Of a stretch of DNA of 49,781 nucleotides, positions 36,098-45,340 are shown in pieces. The stretch lies in contig CASFZT010000002.1 in the NCBI GenBank assembly GCA_949299215.1, forward strand, positions 1-49,781, given 5' to 3'. The DNA comes from an uncultured Ruminococcus sp. GTDB lineage: Bacteria > Bacillota > Clostridia > Oscillospirales > Ruminococcaceae. Under the pieces are notes generated by a model. The model was not told the origin of the DNA and ran no database searches. It saw nothing but the letters and a program-made list of their open reading frames with translations. Made by a program: the position numbers and the translations under genes. Within the stretch, counting starts at the first letter, position 1. The number at the start of each line of letters is the position of its first letter.

Positions 36098-36940
36098 TTA
36101 TTTGCCTGCCTGTGCAAAAAGATTGCAGGTTTCTTCGTGCTTGTGACGTTCAAAAGGTTTGTACATACTTGAACGTTCGATAGCCTCGTCAAAATCAACG
36201 AGATGACCGTCAAAGTCGGGACCGTCAACGCACGCAAACTTGGTTTCGCCGCCAACAGTAAGACGGCAGCCGCCGCACATACCCGTACCATCTATCATGA
36301 TAGGATTCATGGAAACGACAGTCTTTATATTATATTGCTTTGTGAGGAGAGCAACGAATTTCATCATAATAAGCGGACCTATGGTGATAACCTCGTCATA
36401 CTGCTCGCCGCTTTCGATAAGCTGCTTGAGCGCATCGGTAACAAGACCCTTAGTGCCGTGCGAACCGTCGTCCGTCATCATGCAGAGCTTGTCGGATACA
36501 GCAGCAAATTCGTCCTCAAGAATAACGAGGTCTTTATTTCTGAAACCAACGATAGAGTGAACTTCACAGCCGAGGGAGTGAAGTTTCTTGGCAATAGGAT
36601 AAGCAATTGCGCAGCCAACGCCGCCTCCGACAACAGCTACCTTTTTAAGACCGTCCGTATGGCTTGCAACGCCGAGAGGTCCTACGAAATCCTGAATATA
36701 TTCGCCTTCGTTTTTATGATTAAGCTTTTCCGTAGTAGCGCCCACTATCTGGAATATAATAGTAACCGTGCCCTTTTTCCTGTCAAAATCGGCAATGGTA
36801 AGAGGGATACGTTCGCCGTCCTCGTCAACACGAAGTATGATAAACTGACCCGGCTCAGCCTTTTTAGCGATCATTGGTGCTTCGATATCCATAAGTGTAA
36901 CGGTAGGATTAAGCACCTTTTTTCTAAGAATTTTATACAT
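36098..36940 (-). CDS. nfnA: Sulfide/dihydroorotate dehydrogenase-like FAD/NAD-binding protein (NfnA/SudB-like)
   Basis: 280 aa with an FNR-like fold and a C-terminal 2Fe-2S motif (MCGGCRLTVGGETKFACVDGP). Confidence 0.8.
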   Translation of the reverse strand: MYKILRKKVLNPTVTLMDIEAPMIAKKAEPGQFIILRVDEDGERIPLTIADFDRKKGTVTIIFQIVGATTEKLNHKNEGEYIQDFVGPLGVASHTDGLKKVAVVGGGVGCAIAYPIAKKLHSLGCEVHSIVGFRNKDLVILEDEFAAVSDKLCMMTDDGSHGTKGLVTDALKQLIESGEQYDEVITIGPLIMMKFVALLTKQYNIKTVVSMNPIMIDGTGMCGGCRLTVGGETKFACVDGPDFDGHLVDFDEAIERSSMYKPFERHKHEETCNLFAQAGK

Positions 36941-37077
36941 TATCTCACTGTTCCTTTCTTATATGCGCATGGCATACATTCTCCAAAATAAATTATACCT
37001 ATTTTTTATATTTAAGTCAATATTCAAATTCTATATGTAACATATCTTTTGAGTAATATACGGACTTATCAAGGTAC

Positions 37078-37112
37078 ATAAAAAGGCAGACCCGCAAGGT
37101 ACGAGTCTGCCA
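37078..37112 (-). terminator. Intrinsic terminator after ispH-rpsA
   Basis: The minus strand has the stem GGCAGAC/GTCTGCC followed by TTTTTAT. Confidence 0.75.
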
Positions 37113-37129
37113 TAGTTTGTGTAGAAAGC

Positions 37130-39151
37130 TTATTCTGCGGATTCAGCTTCTTCTTCAGCGTCAGTGTTTTCTTCGAGGAGCTCACGGATAGACATACTGA
37201 TCCTCTTCTTTTCGGTATCAATTTCTGTGATCTTAGCCTTGACCTCGTCACCGATGGAAAGAACGTCCTTAACGTTAGCAACTTTCTTGACATCAAGCTG
37301 TGAAATGTGGATAAGACCGTCGATACCATCGATAATCTGAGCAAAAGCACCAAAAGGAGTGATGGAAACTACCTTAGCGTCAACAACATCGCCAACCTTA
37401 TACTCGTTAGCAAACTTGACCCAAGGATTATCCTCGTCCTTTTTGTAGCCGAGAGAGATTCTGTTAGCTTCCTTGTCGAGATCCTTGATGTACACTTCGA
37501 TAACATCACCAACCTTAACAACTTCGGAAGGATGCTTTATTCTGTTCCAGCTAAGTTCGGAAATGTGAACCATGCCATCGATGCCGCCGAGGTCAACAAA
37601 AGCACCATAATTTGTGATGGACTTAACTTCGCCCTTAAAAGTATCGCCGATCTGAACGTTATCCCAGAACTTAGCCTTAGCAGCGTCCTTTTCAGCGTTG
37701 AGAACTGCCTTTATTGAGCCGACAGCCTTGAATTTCTGCTCGTTGATCTCAATGATCTTGAACTTAACAGTCTGCTTGAGAAGAGATTCGGGCTTTTCGT
37801 CACGGCGAGCGGTAGCCTGTGAAGCAGGGATAAATACCTTAGCGCCGTCTGTGATAACGATAAGACCGCCCTTAACGGCATTAGCAACAGTACCTTCAAG
37901 TACAGTGCCCTCGTTATATGCCTTGACAAGATTGTCAAAGCCTACCATAGCATCGACTTTCTTCTTGGAAAGCTGAACTATACCGTCTGCATCGTTGATC
38001 TTGATTACGATGAGGTCAACCTCATCTCCGACTTTTACAACATCGGAGGGCTTGAGAGAAGGATCGTCTGTAAGCTCGGACAGTGCAATGTAGCCTGTAT
38101 GCTTAGTACCCACATCAACAACAGCTTCTGTGTTGTTTACAGCAGTTATGTATCCTTTCACCCTGTTACCGGTATATATTTTCTTGAAAGATGCATTGAG
38201 CGCCTCCTCAAAATTAAAGTCCTCATCATTGTTCTTTAAAATTTCGCTCATCTGGTTTTGTACCTCCTTGATTATATAAGCCGGAGTTGAAGCGCCGGCT
38301 GTAATACCGATGTTGATATTTTCACCGATATTATTAAGCTGAGAAATGATCACGTCCATAGCGCAGTCTTTCATCAGCTCGCTGCTGTCCTCAACGTGGA
38401 CGCAGGCTTTACAGTGGCTGCTGCATATGTTATACAGCTTGACCGTGTTTGAACTGTGTTTTCCGCCTATGACTATCATAAGGTCGGACTTTTCCGCAAG
38501 ATCCGTTGCGCTTTTCTGACGTTCGGCAGTTGCATTGCATATGGTATTAAACACCTCTGCCTTTGGACATTCCGAATCTATAATGCATCTGCATTTATCC
38601 CACATAGATATATTATACGTTGTTTGAGCAACAATTGCAACCTTTTTTTTTAGATTTTCTGAAGTTTTTTTCAAAAAATTCAAAAGAGAAACATCATCAG
38701 GGCATATATATGGTACATTTTGACAAAAGCCGATAATCCCTTGAACCTCGGGATGCTCTTCATCACCCATGATAATGACCTGATAACCCTCTTGGGATTT
38801 TTCTTCAACGATCTGGTGGATACGTGCAACGAAAGGGCAGGTGCCGTCACAGCAAACAACGCCGTAAGACTCACGCTTTTTTATTTCGTCATAGATATTT
38901 TTCCCGACACCGTGTGAGCGGATAATTACCGTGCAGTTTTCGAGTGAGGAAATTTCCTCAGGCGAATCGATTATGCGTACGCCCTTGCTTTTCAGATCGT
39001 TTACAACGGTAGGATTGTGGATTATCTCACCGTAGGTTACAATGTCTTTACCGCTATTTAATTCATTATACACGATTTTTACGCTTCTGTCAACACCAAA
39101 ACAGAAACCTGCGTTTTTTGCGACAATAATTTTTGCTTTGTTGGTATTCAT
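37130..39151 (-). CDS. ispH: Bifunctional 4-hydroxy-3-methylbut-2-enyl diphosphate reductase / 30S ribosomal protein S1
   Basis: 673 aa. An N-terminal LytB/IspH domain of about 285 aa (GFCFGV) is followed by four S1 repeats. Confidence 0.92.
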   Translation of the reverse strand: MNTNKAKIIVAKNAGFCFGVDRSVKIVYNELNSGKDIVTYGEIIHNPTVVNDLKSKGVRIIDSPEEISSLENCTVIIRSHGVGKNIYDEIKKRESYGVVCCDGTCPFVARIHQIVEEKSQEGYQVIIMGDEEHPEVQGIIGFCQNVPYICPDDVSLLNFLKKTSENLKKKVAIVAQTTYNISMWDKCRCIIDSECPKAEVFNTICNATAERQKSATDLAEKSDLMIVIGGKHSSNTVKLYNICSSHCKACVHVEDSSELMKDCAMDVIISQLNNIGENINIGITAGASTPAYIIKEVQNQMSEILKNNDEDFNFEEALNASFKKIYTGNRVKGYITAVNNTEAVVDVGTKHTGYIALSELTDDPSLKPSDVVKVGDEVDLIVIKINDADGIVQLSKKKVDAMVGFDNLVKAYNEGTVLEGTVANAVKGGLIVITDGAKVFIPASQATARRDEKPESLLKQTVKFKIIEINEQKFKAVGSIKAVLNAEKDAAKAKFWDNVQIGDTFKGEVKSITNYGAFVDLGGIDGMVHISELSWNRIKHPSEVVKVGDVIEVYIKDLDKEANRISLGYKKDEDNPWVKFANEYKVGDVVDAKVVSITPFGAFAQIIDGIDGLIHISQLDVKKVANVKDVLSIGDEVKAKITEIDTEKKRISMSIRELLEENTDAEEEAESAE

Positions 39152-39172
39152 ATTTTAAAAGAAGCCTCCGAT

Positions 39173-39802
39173 TTATTCCGTATCCGTATCCGTGTCCGAT
39201 ACGGGAGTTTCCGGCTCGTCGACAAGCTCTTTTATGGCGGACATGATGCGCAGCTTTACGGCTTTGAGTGTTTTTGGTGAAACGTCGTCATCAGTGTGTA
39301 TTTCCGAAGCGGGAATTACCTTGCCGTAACGTAAAATAAGCTTTGAGCGGAATTTAAGCTTTTCGCCCTCAAAGGTTATTCCGCAGGGAACAACGTCCGC
39401 ACCGGAGCGTGCCGCAATTAGCGCAACACCGGTTTTTCCTTTGCCGACACGTCCGTCCTTTGAACGTGTGCCCTCGGGGAAAATGACAAGATTTCTTCCC
39501 GATCGGAGTATTTTCATACTGTCCTCAATAACGGACATATCTCCGACACCTCTTTTTACGGGAAAAGCACCGAGCTTGCGTATGAACCAGCCAAAAAGCC
39601 TGTTTTTGAAAAGCTCTTCCTTTGCCATATATGAAACAGGTAGCCTCATCGGCATTGTAAGTATGACCGGATCGGCATAACTGCGGTGATTTGACGCAAG
39701 AATGACAGGTCTGTCCTGAGGAATGTTTTCCGTGCCCTCAATATGAAAATCGTATATGATTTTGTAGATGCCTTTAACCACATTTCTTATAAATGCGTTC
39801 AT
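39173..39802 (-). CDS. plsC: 1-acyl-sn-glycerol-3-phosphate acyltransferase
   Basis: 209 aa with the motifs NHRSYADP and FPEGTRS. Confidence 0.88.
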   Translation of the reverse strand: MNAFIRNVVKGIYKIIYDFHIEGTENIPQDRPVILASNHRSYADPVILTMPMRLPVSYMAKEELFKNRLFGWFIRKLGAFPVKRGVGDMSVIEDSMKILRSGRNLVIFPEGTRSKDGRVGKGKTGVALIAARSGADVVPCGITFEGEKLKFRSKLILRYGKVIPASEIHTDDDVSPKTLKAVKLRIMSAIKELVDEPETPVSDTDTDTE

Positions 39803-40335
39803 GTTGTTTCCTCCGCTGTGTTTTCATTAAGAGTAAATTCCCACACGCAGCTTGCGTTGGGGTCTGTAATGTCGGGATAGCAGCTTACACAGCGGCAGGA
39901 TATCCTGTTGTCTATGACCTTTGCAAAGCCGCCGTATTCAAATTCTCCGACGGATTTGCATGGGTGAAATCCGATGCCCTTGCGTTTTCTTGCCGTCTGT
40001 ACACGACATTCGAGGTTTTTATATATAAGCCTGTTTCCGATAATTTCGGCGCTGTCCTTGTTAAGACGTGAGTTGAAACGCAGTTCAAGCGCCGCTTTTA
40101 AACCCTCAAGACCCGGGTTATCAGGAAGTCCGAGGAATGTTTTTATCCTGCGTGCTTCAATTGCGGTATATATTTTCCATGCCTCTTCATCATGAAAAAT
40201 TGCTTCGTCCATACCGTATTTGCGTTCTATGGATTGAAACCACACACCATCAAGGGCAAGCTGATTTTTGGCATAATCATTTAAAAGACGTATAAGCTCC
40301 TCTTTGGAAAACTTTTCAAGCATTGTATCTGACAT
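39799..40335 (-). CDS. Conserved hypothetical protein (DUF6125-like)
   Basis: ATG 40335 has the RBS AAGGAAG and gives MSDTMLEKFSKEELIRLLNDYAKNQLALDGVWFQ... The track ORF extends 48 codons further upstream with no RBS. Its stop overlaps the plsC start. Confidence 0.7.
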   Translation of the reverse strand: MSDTMLEKFSKEELIRLLNDYAKNQLALDGVWFQSIERKYGMDEAIFHDEEAWKIYTAIEARRIKTFLGLPDNPGLEGLKAALELRFNSRLNKDSAEIIGNRLIYKNLECRVQTARKRKGIGFHPCKSVGEFEYGGFAKVIDNRISCRCVSCYPDITDPNASCVWEFTLNENTAEETT

Positions 40336-40501
40336 ATATGTATCTTCCTTTTTAAAATTGTAGTCAAAGACATTAACATTTATTATAGCATATCTGCCTA
40401 AAAAAAGCAACTGTTTGAAGAAATTCTGATAACAAAATGTTATCCGGATATGATGCTTGCCGGAAAAGCGCTGTAACAATGCGTTTCAAACGCTGCATAT
40501 G

Positions 40502-40530
40502 TTGACATTAAAATAAGACTGTGTTATAAT
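40502..40530 (+). promoter_or_regulatory. Consensus extended -10 promoter
   Basis: TTGACA-17 nt-TATAAT with TGT upstream of the -10. It lies about 280 nt upstream of the 40813 CDS. Confidence 0.55.
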
Positions 40531-40586
40531 GCATTTATAATGTTTTAGAAAATATTGGTTGTTTAGTCAATGATATTTACAAATAT

Positions 40587-40612
40587 AATGACGGGACAAG
40601 TCCTTATTGAAC
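40587..40612 (+). repeat. R-end module of the intergenic repeat (fragment H)
   Basis: AATGACGGGACAAGTCCTTATTGAAC matches the R end of copies A and B. Confidence 0.75.
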
Positions 40613-40812
40613 AGAGATATTGATCGTGGGATTAAGGAACTACTGAATAAATCACGCCTTGCGGCTCGGTGCACATCTTGCTTGCATATTTTTTGTTGTA
40701 TTACATCAAAATTTTTTGACATACGGCAGTATGCCTTCGAATTTTTGTACAATCTGACGAAAAATCTGCCGGTGCGTTATGCACACCGGATTTAATCAGT
40801 ATTTCCTTAATA

Positions 40813-42072
40813 ATGATCAACATAATGAAAGCAGGATATGTTTTGAATTACGATTATGATTGTATAATTATAGGCGCAGGTGCGGCAGGAATGATGGCTG
40901 CAATAACTGCGGCAAGCTGCGGAAAAAGAGTGCTTATGCTTGAAAGAGGCAGCAGATGCGGTTTTAAGCTTTCCATAACGGGAAAGGGCAGGTGCAATGT
41001 TACCAACAATTGCACTGACGAAACCTTTTTTGCAAATATACCAAAGAATCCGAGGTTTTTATATTCCGCATATTCGCAGTTTTCTTCGCAGGATTGTATG
41101 GACTTTTTTGAACGTCTGGGAGTTCCGCTTAAAACGGAAAGAGGCGGACGGGTTTTCCCCGTGAGTGATAAGGCAGGGGATATCGTTGACGCTCTTGTGC
41201 AGGCGTGTAAGGATTATGGCGTAAAGACCGTGTTTATGAAAGCGGAGCAGGTGCTTACCGAAAATAAAATCGTGACAGGAGTAAAATGCAAGGGCGGCAA
41301 GATATTTTATGCACCGTCCGTACTTATTGCAGCGGGTGGAAAATCATATCCCAAAACAGGTTCCGACGGAAATGGATATACAATAGCCGAGGAGCTTGGA
41401 CATACCATAACTCCGATAAAGCCGTCACTTGTTCCGCTTGTCGCCAAGGAAGAGTGTTGCGCCGAGATGATGGGACTTTCGCTTAAAAATGTTACTCTTA
41501 CATTAAAGGACAGAGACAAGACCGTTTTTGAGGAAATGGGAGAGATGCTTTTTACCCATTTCGGTATATCGGGTCCTCTCGTGTTGAGTGCTTCAAGCCA
41601 TATACCGGATATGGAACAGGATCGCTGGAAGGTTTATATAGACTTAAAGCCTGCACTTGACGCCAAAAAGCTTGATGAACGCATACTGCGTGATTTTGGA
41701 GAGATACCAAACCGTATTTTTGCCAATTCACTTTCAAAGCTTCTGCCCGCAAAGATGATACCCGTTGTTGTAAAATTATCCGGTATTGACGGAAATAAAC
41801 AAGTCAATTCCGTTACAAAGCAGGAAAGACAGAGGCTTGTGTCACTGCTTAAAGCCTTTCCCGTCACGATCGCAGATTTTCGTCCGATAAACGAGGCTAT
41901 TGTAACAAGCGGCGGCGTAAAGGTGAGCGAGATAAAGCCTAAAACTATGGAATCAAAGCTTGTTAATGGTCTGTATTTTGCAGGAGAAATTCTTGATGTG
42001 GACGGATACACAGGCGGCTTTAACCTGCAGATCGCTTTTTCTACGGCGTATTGCGCAGGAATGAATATGTAA
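40813..42072 (+). CDS. NAD(P)/FAD-dependent oxidoreductase, HI0933/BaiN-like flavoprotein
   Basis: 419 aa with a Rossmann motif (IIIGAGAAGMMAA) and C-terminal AGEILDVDGYTGGFNLQ. Confidence 0.8.
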   Translation: MINIMKAGYVLNYDYDCIIIGAGAAGMMAAITAASCGKRVLMLERGSRCGFKLSITGKGRCNVTNNCTDETFFANIPKNPRFLYSAYSQFSSQDCMDFFERLGVPLKTERGGRVFPVSDKAGDIVDALVQACKDYGVKTVFMKAEQVLTENKIVTGVKCKGGKIFYAPSVLIAAGGKSYPKTGSDGNGYTIAEELGHTITPIKPSLVPLVAKEECCAEMMGLSLKNVTLTLKDRDKTVFEEMGEMLFTHFGISGPLVLSASSHIPDMEQDRWKVYIDLKPALDAKKLDERILRDFGEIPNRIFANSLSKLLPAKMIPVVVKLSGIDGNKQVNSVTKQERQRLVSLLKAFPVTIADFRPINEAIVTSGGVKVSEIKPKTMESKLVNGLYFAGEILDVDGYTGGFNLQIAFSTAYCAGMNM

Positions 42073-42083
42073 CGGAGGAAATC

Positions 42084-42899
42084 ATGCAGGAAACCATAAC
42101 CAAAGAACAGGATAAAATTTCGGAAGAACGTTCTGCCGATACATACTCTAAAAAAAGCAGGATAGAAATACTTGATTTTTTAAGAGGTATTGCCATAATT
42201 TATGTAATGCTGTATCATTTTTTGTACGACCTTATTTACATGGGCGGTATGGAGCTGCCGTTTTTTCATGCAGCTTGGTTTGAGGCAATACATATGGCGT
42301 TTGTTGGATTGCTTATGATAGTTTCAGGAATGTGCTCATCCTTTTCAAGAAATCTTGTAAAAAGAGGTGCGGCGGTTTTCTTTGCAGGAAGTGCGCTTAC
42401 GATGATAACCGACCTGTTTATGCCGCAGACACTTATAGTTTTCGGGATACTGTCGTTTTTTGGCGTGATGATGATGCTTTGCGGCTTTTTAAGACCGGTG
42501 TTTGATAAAATGAGCGGAAGAGTGTCCGTTATAGCTGGGGTGATATTTATACTGCTTTATTTTGTCATGAGTGATTTTCCGGATGGGGTGATACATCTTG
42601 CGGTGACGGATATAGAAATTTCCCTGCCGACAGAGGCTAAGTATCTGTATCCGCTGGGAATAAAGCACAGCGGCTTTTATTCGTCCGATTATTTTCCGAT
42701 AATACCGTACGGCTTTATTTATCTTGCAGGCGCATCTCTTTCGAGGTTTGTAAAGGAAAGAAAAATGCCTAAGTGGTTTTATGGTATGAAAAAAATACCT
42801 GTAGTAAATTTTGCAGGCAAACATTCTCTTGCATTTTATATAATACATCAGCCGGTATTTATTGCGGCATTTGAGCTTGTAAATTTGATAAGCCGTTAA
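42084..42899 (+). CDS. DUF1624 (heparan-alpha-glucosaminide N-acetyltransferase-like) membrane protein
   Basis: It contains RIEILDFLRGIAIIYVMLYH and is polytopic. ATG 42084 lies behind the RBS GGAGG; the track starts at 42051. Confidence 0.75.
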   Translation: MQETITKEQDKISEERSADTYSKKSRIEILDFLRGIAIIYVMLYHFLYDLIYMGGMELPFFHAAWFEAIHMAFVGLLMIVSGMCSSFSRNLVKRGAAVFFAGSALTMITDLFMPQTLIVFGILSFFGVMMMLCGFLRPVFDKMSGRVSVIAGVIFILLYFVMSDFPDGVIHLAVTDIEISLPTEAKYLYPLGIKHSGFYSSDYFPIIPYGFIYLAGASLSRFVKERKMPKWFYGMKKIPVVNFAGKHSLAFYIIHQPVFIAAFELVNLISR

Positions 42900-42918
42900 A
42901 TGGAGTGAGGAGTTTTAA

Positions 42919-43728
42919 ATGGAAAATCTTACCGATATAGGAGTAATAAAGGACATACTTTCAAGACACGGCTTTACATTTTCAAAGTCACTGGGTCAGA
43001 ATTTCCTGGTTAATCCGACTGTCTGTCCGAGAATAGCGGAAATGGGAAACGCAAAAAGCGGATTCGGCGTTATTGAGATAGGTACGGGCGTGGGTGTGCT
43101 TACACATGAGCTTGCGAAGAGGTCGGATAAGGTCGTTGCGGTTGAGATAGACGAAAGACTTATACCTGTGCTTGAAGAAACGCTTGCGGAACATGATAAT
43201 CTGAAAATAATAAATGCAGATGTTATGAAGCTTGATCTGCGCAAGGTCACTTCGCCTGTCATAATGATGCTGCTGGAAAGCAGACTGCGTGTAAAGACTA
43301 TCACCGTTATGGTTCAGAAAGAGGCAGGTGTGCGACTTTGCGCAAAAATGGGTACAAGAGATGTGGGAGCGGTGACGGCTGCGGTAAGATATTATTCCGA
43401 GCCGGAAATGCTGTTCAATGTTTCAAGGGGAAGCTTTATGCCGCCTCCGAACGTTGATTCCTGCGTTATAAGACTGAATGTTTTCAGCGAAAGTCCATAT
43501 AATGTATCCGATGAGGAATTTTTCTTCAAGGTTGTAAGAGGCGCATTTTCGCAGAGAAGAAAAAATCTGCTTAATTCTCTTTCATCATCGCTTGGGATAG
43601 AAAAATCCGTGGTAGTAAGAGCTGTGGAAAAAGTCGGACTAAGTTCAAATGTGCGTCCTGAGCAGCTCATGATGGAGGATTTTATAAAGGTGTCTGAATA
43701 TCTGAAAAAGGAAGTGCATATCCGATGA
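42919..43728 (+). CDS. rsmA: 16S rRNA (adenine1518/1519-N6)-dimethyltransferase RsmA/KsgA, lacking the motif IV segment
   Basis: It has SLGQNFL, a SAM motif (VIEIGTGVGVLT), TSPVIMMLLE and MPPPNVDS. However, the sequence runs ...KLDLRKV-TSPVIMM..., so the ~20 aa that normally end in NLPYY are absent. The product is 269 aa. Confidence 0.85.
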   Translation: MENLTDIGVIKDILSRHGFTFSKSLGQNFLVNPTVCPRIAEMGNAKSGFGVIEIGTGVGVLTHELAKRSDKVVAVEIDERLIPVLEETLAEHDNLKIINADVMKLDLRKVTSPVIMMLLESRLRVKTITVMVQKEAGVRLCAKMGTRDVGAVTAAVRYYSEPEMLFNVSRGSFMPPPNVDSCVIRLNVFSESPYNVSDEEFFFKVVRGAFSQRRKNLLNSLSSSLGIEKSVVVRAVEKVGLSSNVRPEQLMMEDFIKVSEYLKKEVHIR

Positions 43729-44477
43729 CGGGCAGAGTACATTCGATTGAAACGTTCGGCACGGTAGACGGACCGGGTATACGGTATGTTGTTTTTCTGC
43801 AGGGTTGTCCTATGCGGTGCAGATATTGTCATAATCCCGATACATGGGCTTTTGACGGCGGCAGGGAAATGACTGCAGAAGAAATAACAGCCGACTGCGA
43901 AAGCTGTCGGGAGTTTCTGAAAAGTGGCGGTATAACCGTAACGGGCGGAGAACCGCTTATGCAGATGGATTTTGTAAGGGAGATATTCACTCTTGCACAT
44001 GAAAGGGGAATACACACCTGCCTTGATACGTCGGGAGTGACATTTTCCGAAAAGAGGATAGCCGAATTTGAAAAGCTTATGGCTGTTACGGATCTGGTGA
44101 TGCTTGATATAAAGCATATTGACAGTACAGAACATAAAAAGCTTACCGACTTCCCGAATGAGAATATCCTTGCGTTTGCAAAATGGCTCACGAGTATTGA
44201 TAAGCCGGTATGGATACGTCATGTTGTCGTGCCGGGCATTACGATGAACGAAGAGTATCTTGATAAGCTCGGCAGGTTTCTGGGGGATATGACAAATCTG
44301 AAAGCGCTTGATGTACTGCCGTATCATGATATGGGCAGGGAGAAGTATAAAAGCATGGGTATGGAATATCCGCTTGAGGGCGTACAACCGCTTGACAAGG
44401 AAAAAGCGAAAAAAGCAAGGGATATTATAATGAGCGGCGTTAAGGCTCGTCTGCACGAGAAGAAAAGGGACAGGTAA
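43725..44477 (+). CDS. pflA: Pyruvate formate-lyase activating enzyme
   Basis: 250 aa with GTVDGPGIRYVVFLQGCPMRCRYCHNPDTW. It is collinear with E. coli PflA, and its start overlaps the rsmA stop. Confidence 0.9.
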   Translation: MTGRVHSIETFGTVDGPGIRYVVFLQGCPMRCRYCHNPDTWAFDGGREMTAEEITADCESCREFLKSGGITVTGGEPLMQMDFVREIFTLAHERGIHTCLDTSGVTFSEKRIAEFEKLMAVTDLVMLDIKHIDSTEHKKLTDFPNENILAFAKWLTSIDKPVWIRHVVVPGITMNEEYLDKLGRFLGDMTNLKALDVLPYHDMGREKYKSMGMEYPLEGVQPLDKEKAKKARDIIMSGVKARLHEKKRDR

Positions 44478-44560
44478 GTACAGTGAGCTTACAAAAGCAT
44501 TGTCCTTCATATCATAATGATATGATGTTTGGTATGCCGAAAAAATTGTTCGTTGATTTT

Positions 44561-45337
44561 TTATTCGTGCAGACTAAGATATCTGTCCGGGTGTGTTTCA
44601 GGTGAAATACTCTCGCAGGAAAGATCAAGAAAATCTTTATCCGTTTCACGAAGTCCGTCAACATAATATCTTGTATTGTCAGACATAAAAAGCTCTATCG
44701 AACAGGTGCGGTGCGTGAGGCTTTCTTCCGGATAATATGTTATAAGCTTCATGCCCGGCTCGGAAAGTGCCGCTTCAAACTGAATATTTTTACGTTCGGA
44801 CGCATTGCCCAACTGTAACCTGAATTTGTAAAATTCACTAAATGAGCCGTCAAAAAGAAATGATACCGTCATTGTATCATAATCTATAAGAATGACATTT
44901 TTCTTGAATTCCGTATCGTAAATACCGTCTAAATGTATCTCATTTTGGCAGTATTCAATTATCTCATCCGCATTTGATATTGTGCGGTCTATCTCAAAGC
45001 GCTTAAACAGCGCTGCTCCCTTAAAACCCGCAAAATATACAAGAAACATTGCGGCTACTCCGACAAGCAAAAGTATAGGCGGCAGGATGTGCCTTTTGAA
45101 AAAGCCTTTTCCCGATACCATGCTCCTCGGAAGCTCTGCAAGGAGTATCGTTATCCCAAGATAAAGCGGAATATAAATATACGGAAAAAATGCATAAAAA
45201 ATTATAAGCTCCGTGAATTCGATAAAGGTAAAGAAAAGTATAAGAAACAGCGTAGTCACTTTTAAAATATAAATTATCGCTCTTGCAGCCTTTGAATTAA
45301 GCTTGTCGGTTTTATTATTCTCCATAATGTTCTCCAC
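44561..45337 (-). CDS. Hypothetical membrane protein (about 4 TM segments plus a soluble C-terminal domain)
   Basis: 258 aa with no recognisable motif. It lies 3 nt downstream of the TVP38 gene, so the two probably form an operon. Confidence 0.6.
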   Translation of the reverse strand: MENIMENNKTDKLNSKAARAIIYILKVTTLFLILFFTFIEFTELIIFYAFFPYIYIPLYLGITILLAELPRSMVSGKGFFKRHILPPILLLVGVAAMFLVYFAGFKGAALFKRFEIDRTISNADEIIEYCQNEIHLDGIYDTEFKKNVILIDYDTMTVSFLFDGSFSEFYKFRLQLGNASERKNIQFEAALSEPGMKLITYYPEESLTHRTCSIELFMSDNTRYYVDGLRETDKDFLDLSCESISPETHPDRYLSLHE

Positions 45338-45340
45338 TTG

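Noticed and set aside
36203-36991. 262-aa plus-strand ORF (other long antisense ORFs, such as 23339-24016, 18330-18980 and 6478-6996, fall in the same class)
   Set aside because: Each lies entirely within and antisense to a well-supported conserved gene (nfnA-like, recQ, pyrG, sortase paralog 4).
37130-39151. IspH fused to ribosomal protein S1 as a possible novel fusion
   Set aside because: This bifunctional ispH/rpsA arrangement is a well-known, widespread feature of Clostridia.
43392-44510. 372-aa minus-strand ORF
   Set aside because: It overlaps the 3' end of rsmA and the whole of pflA, both of which have unambiguous family signatures. It has no RBS or recognisable motif.
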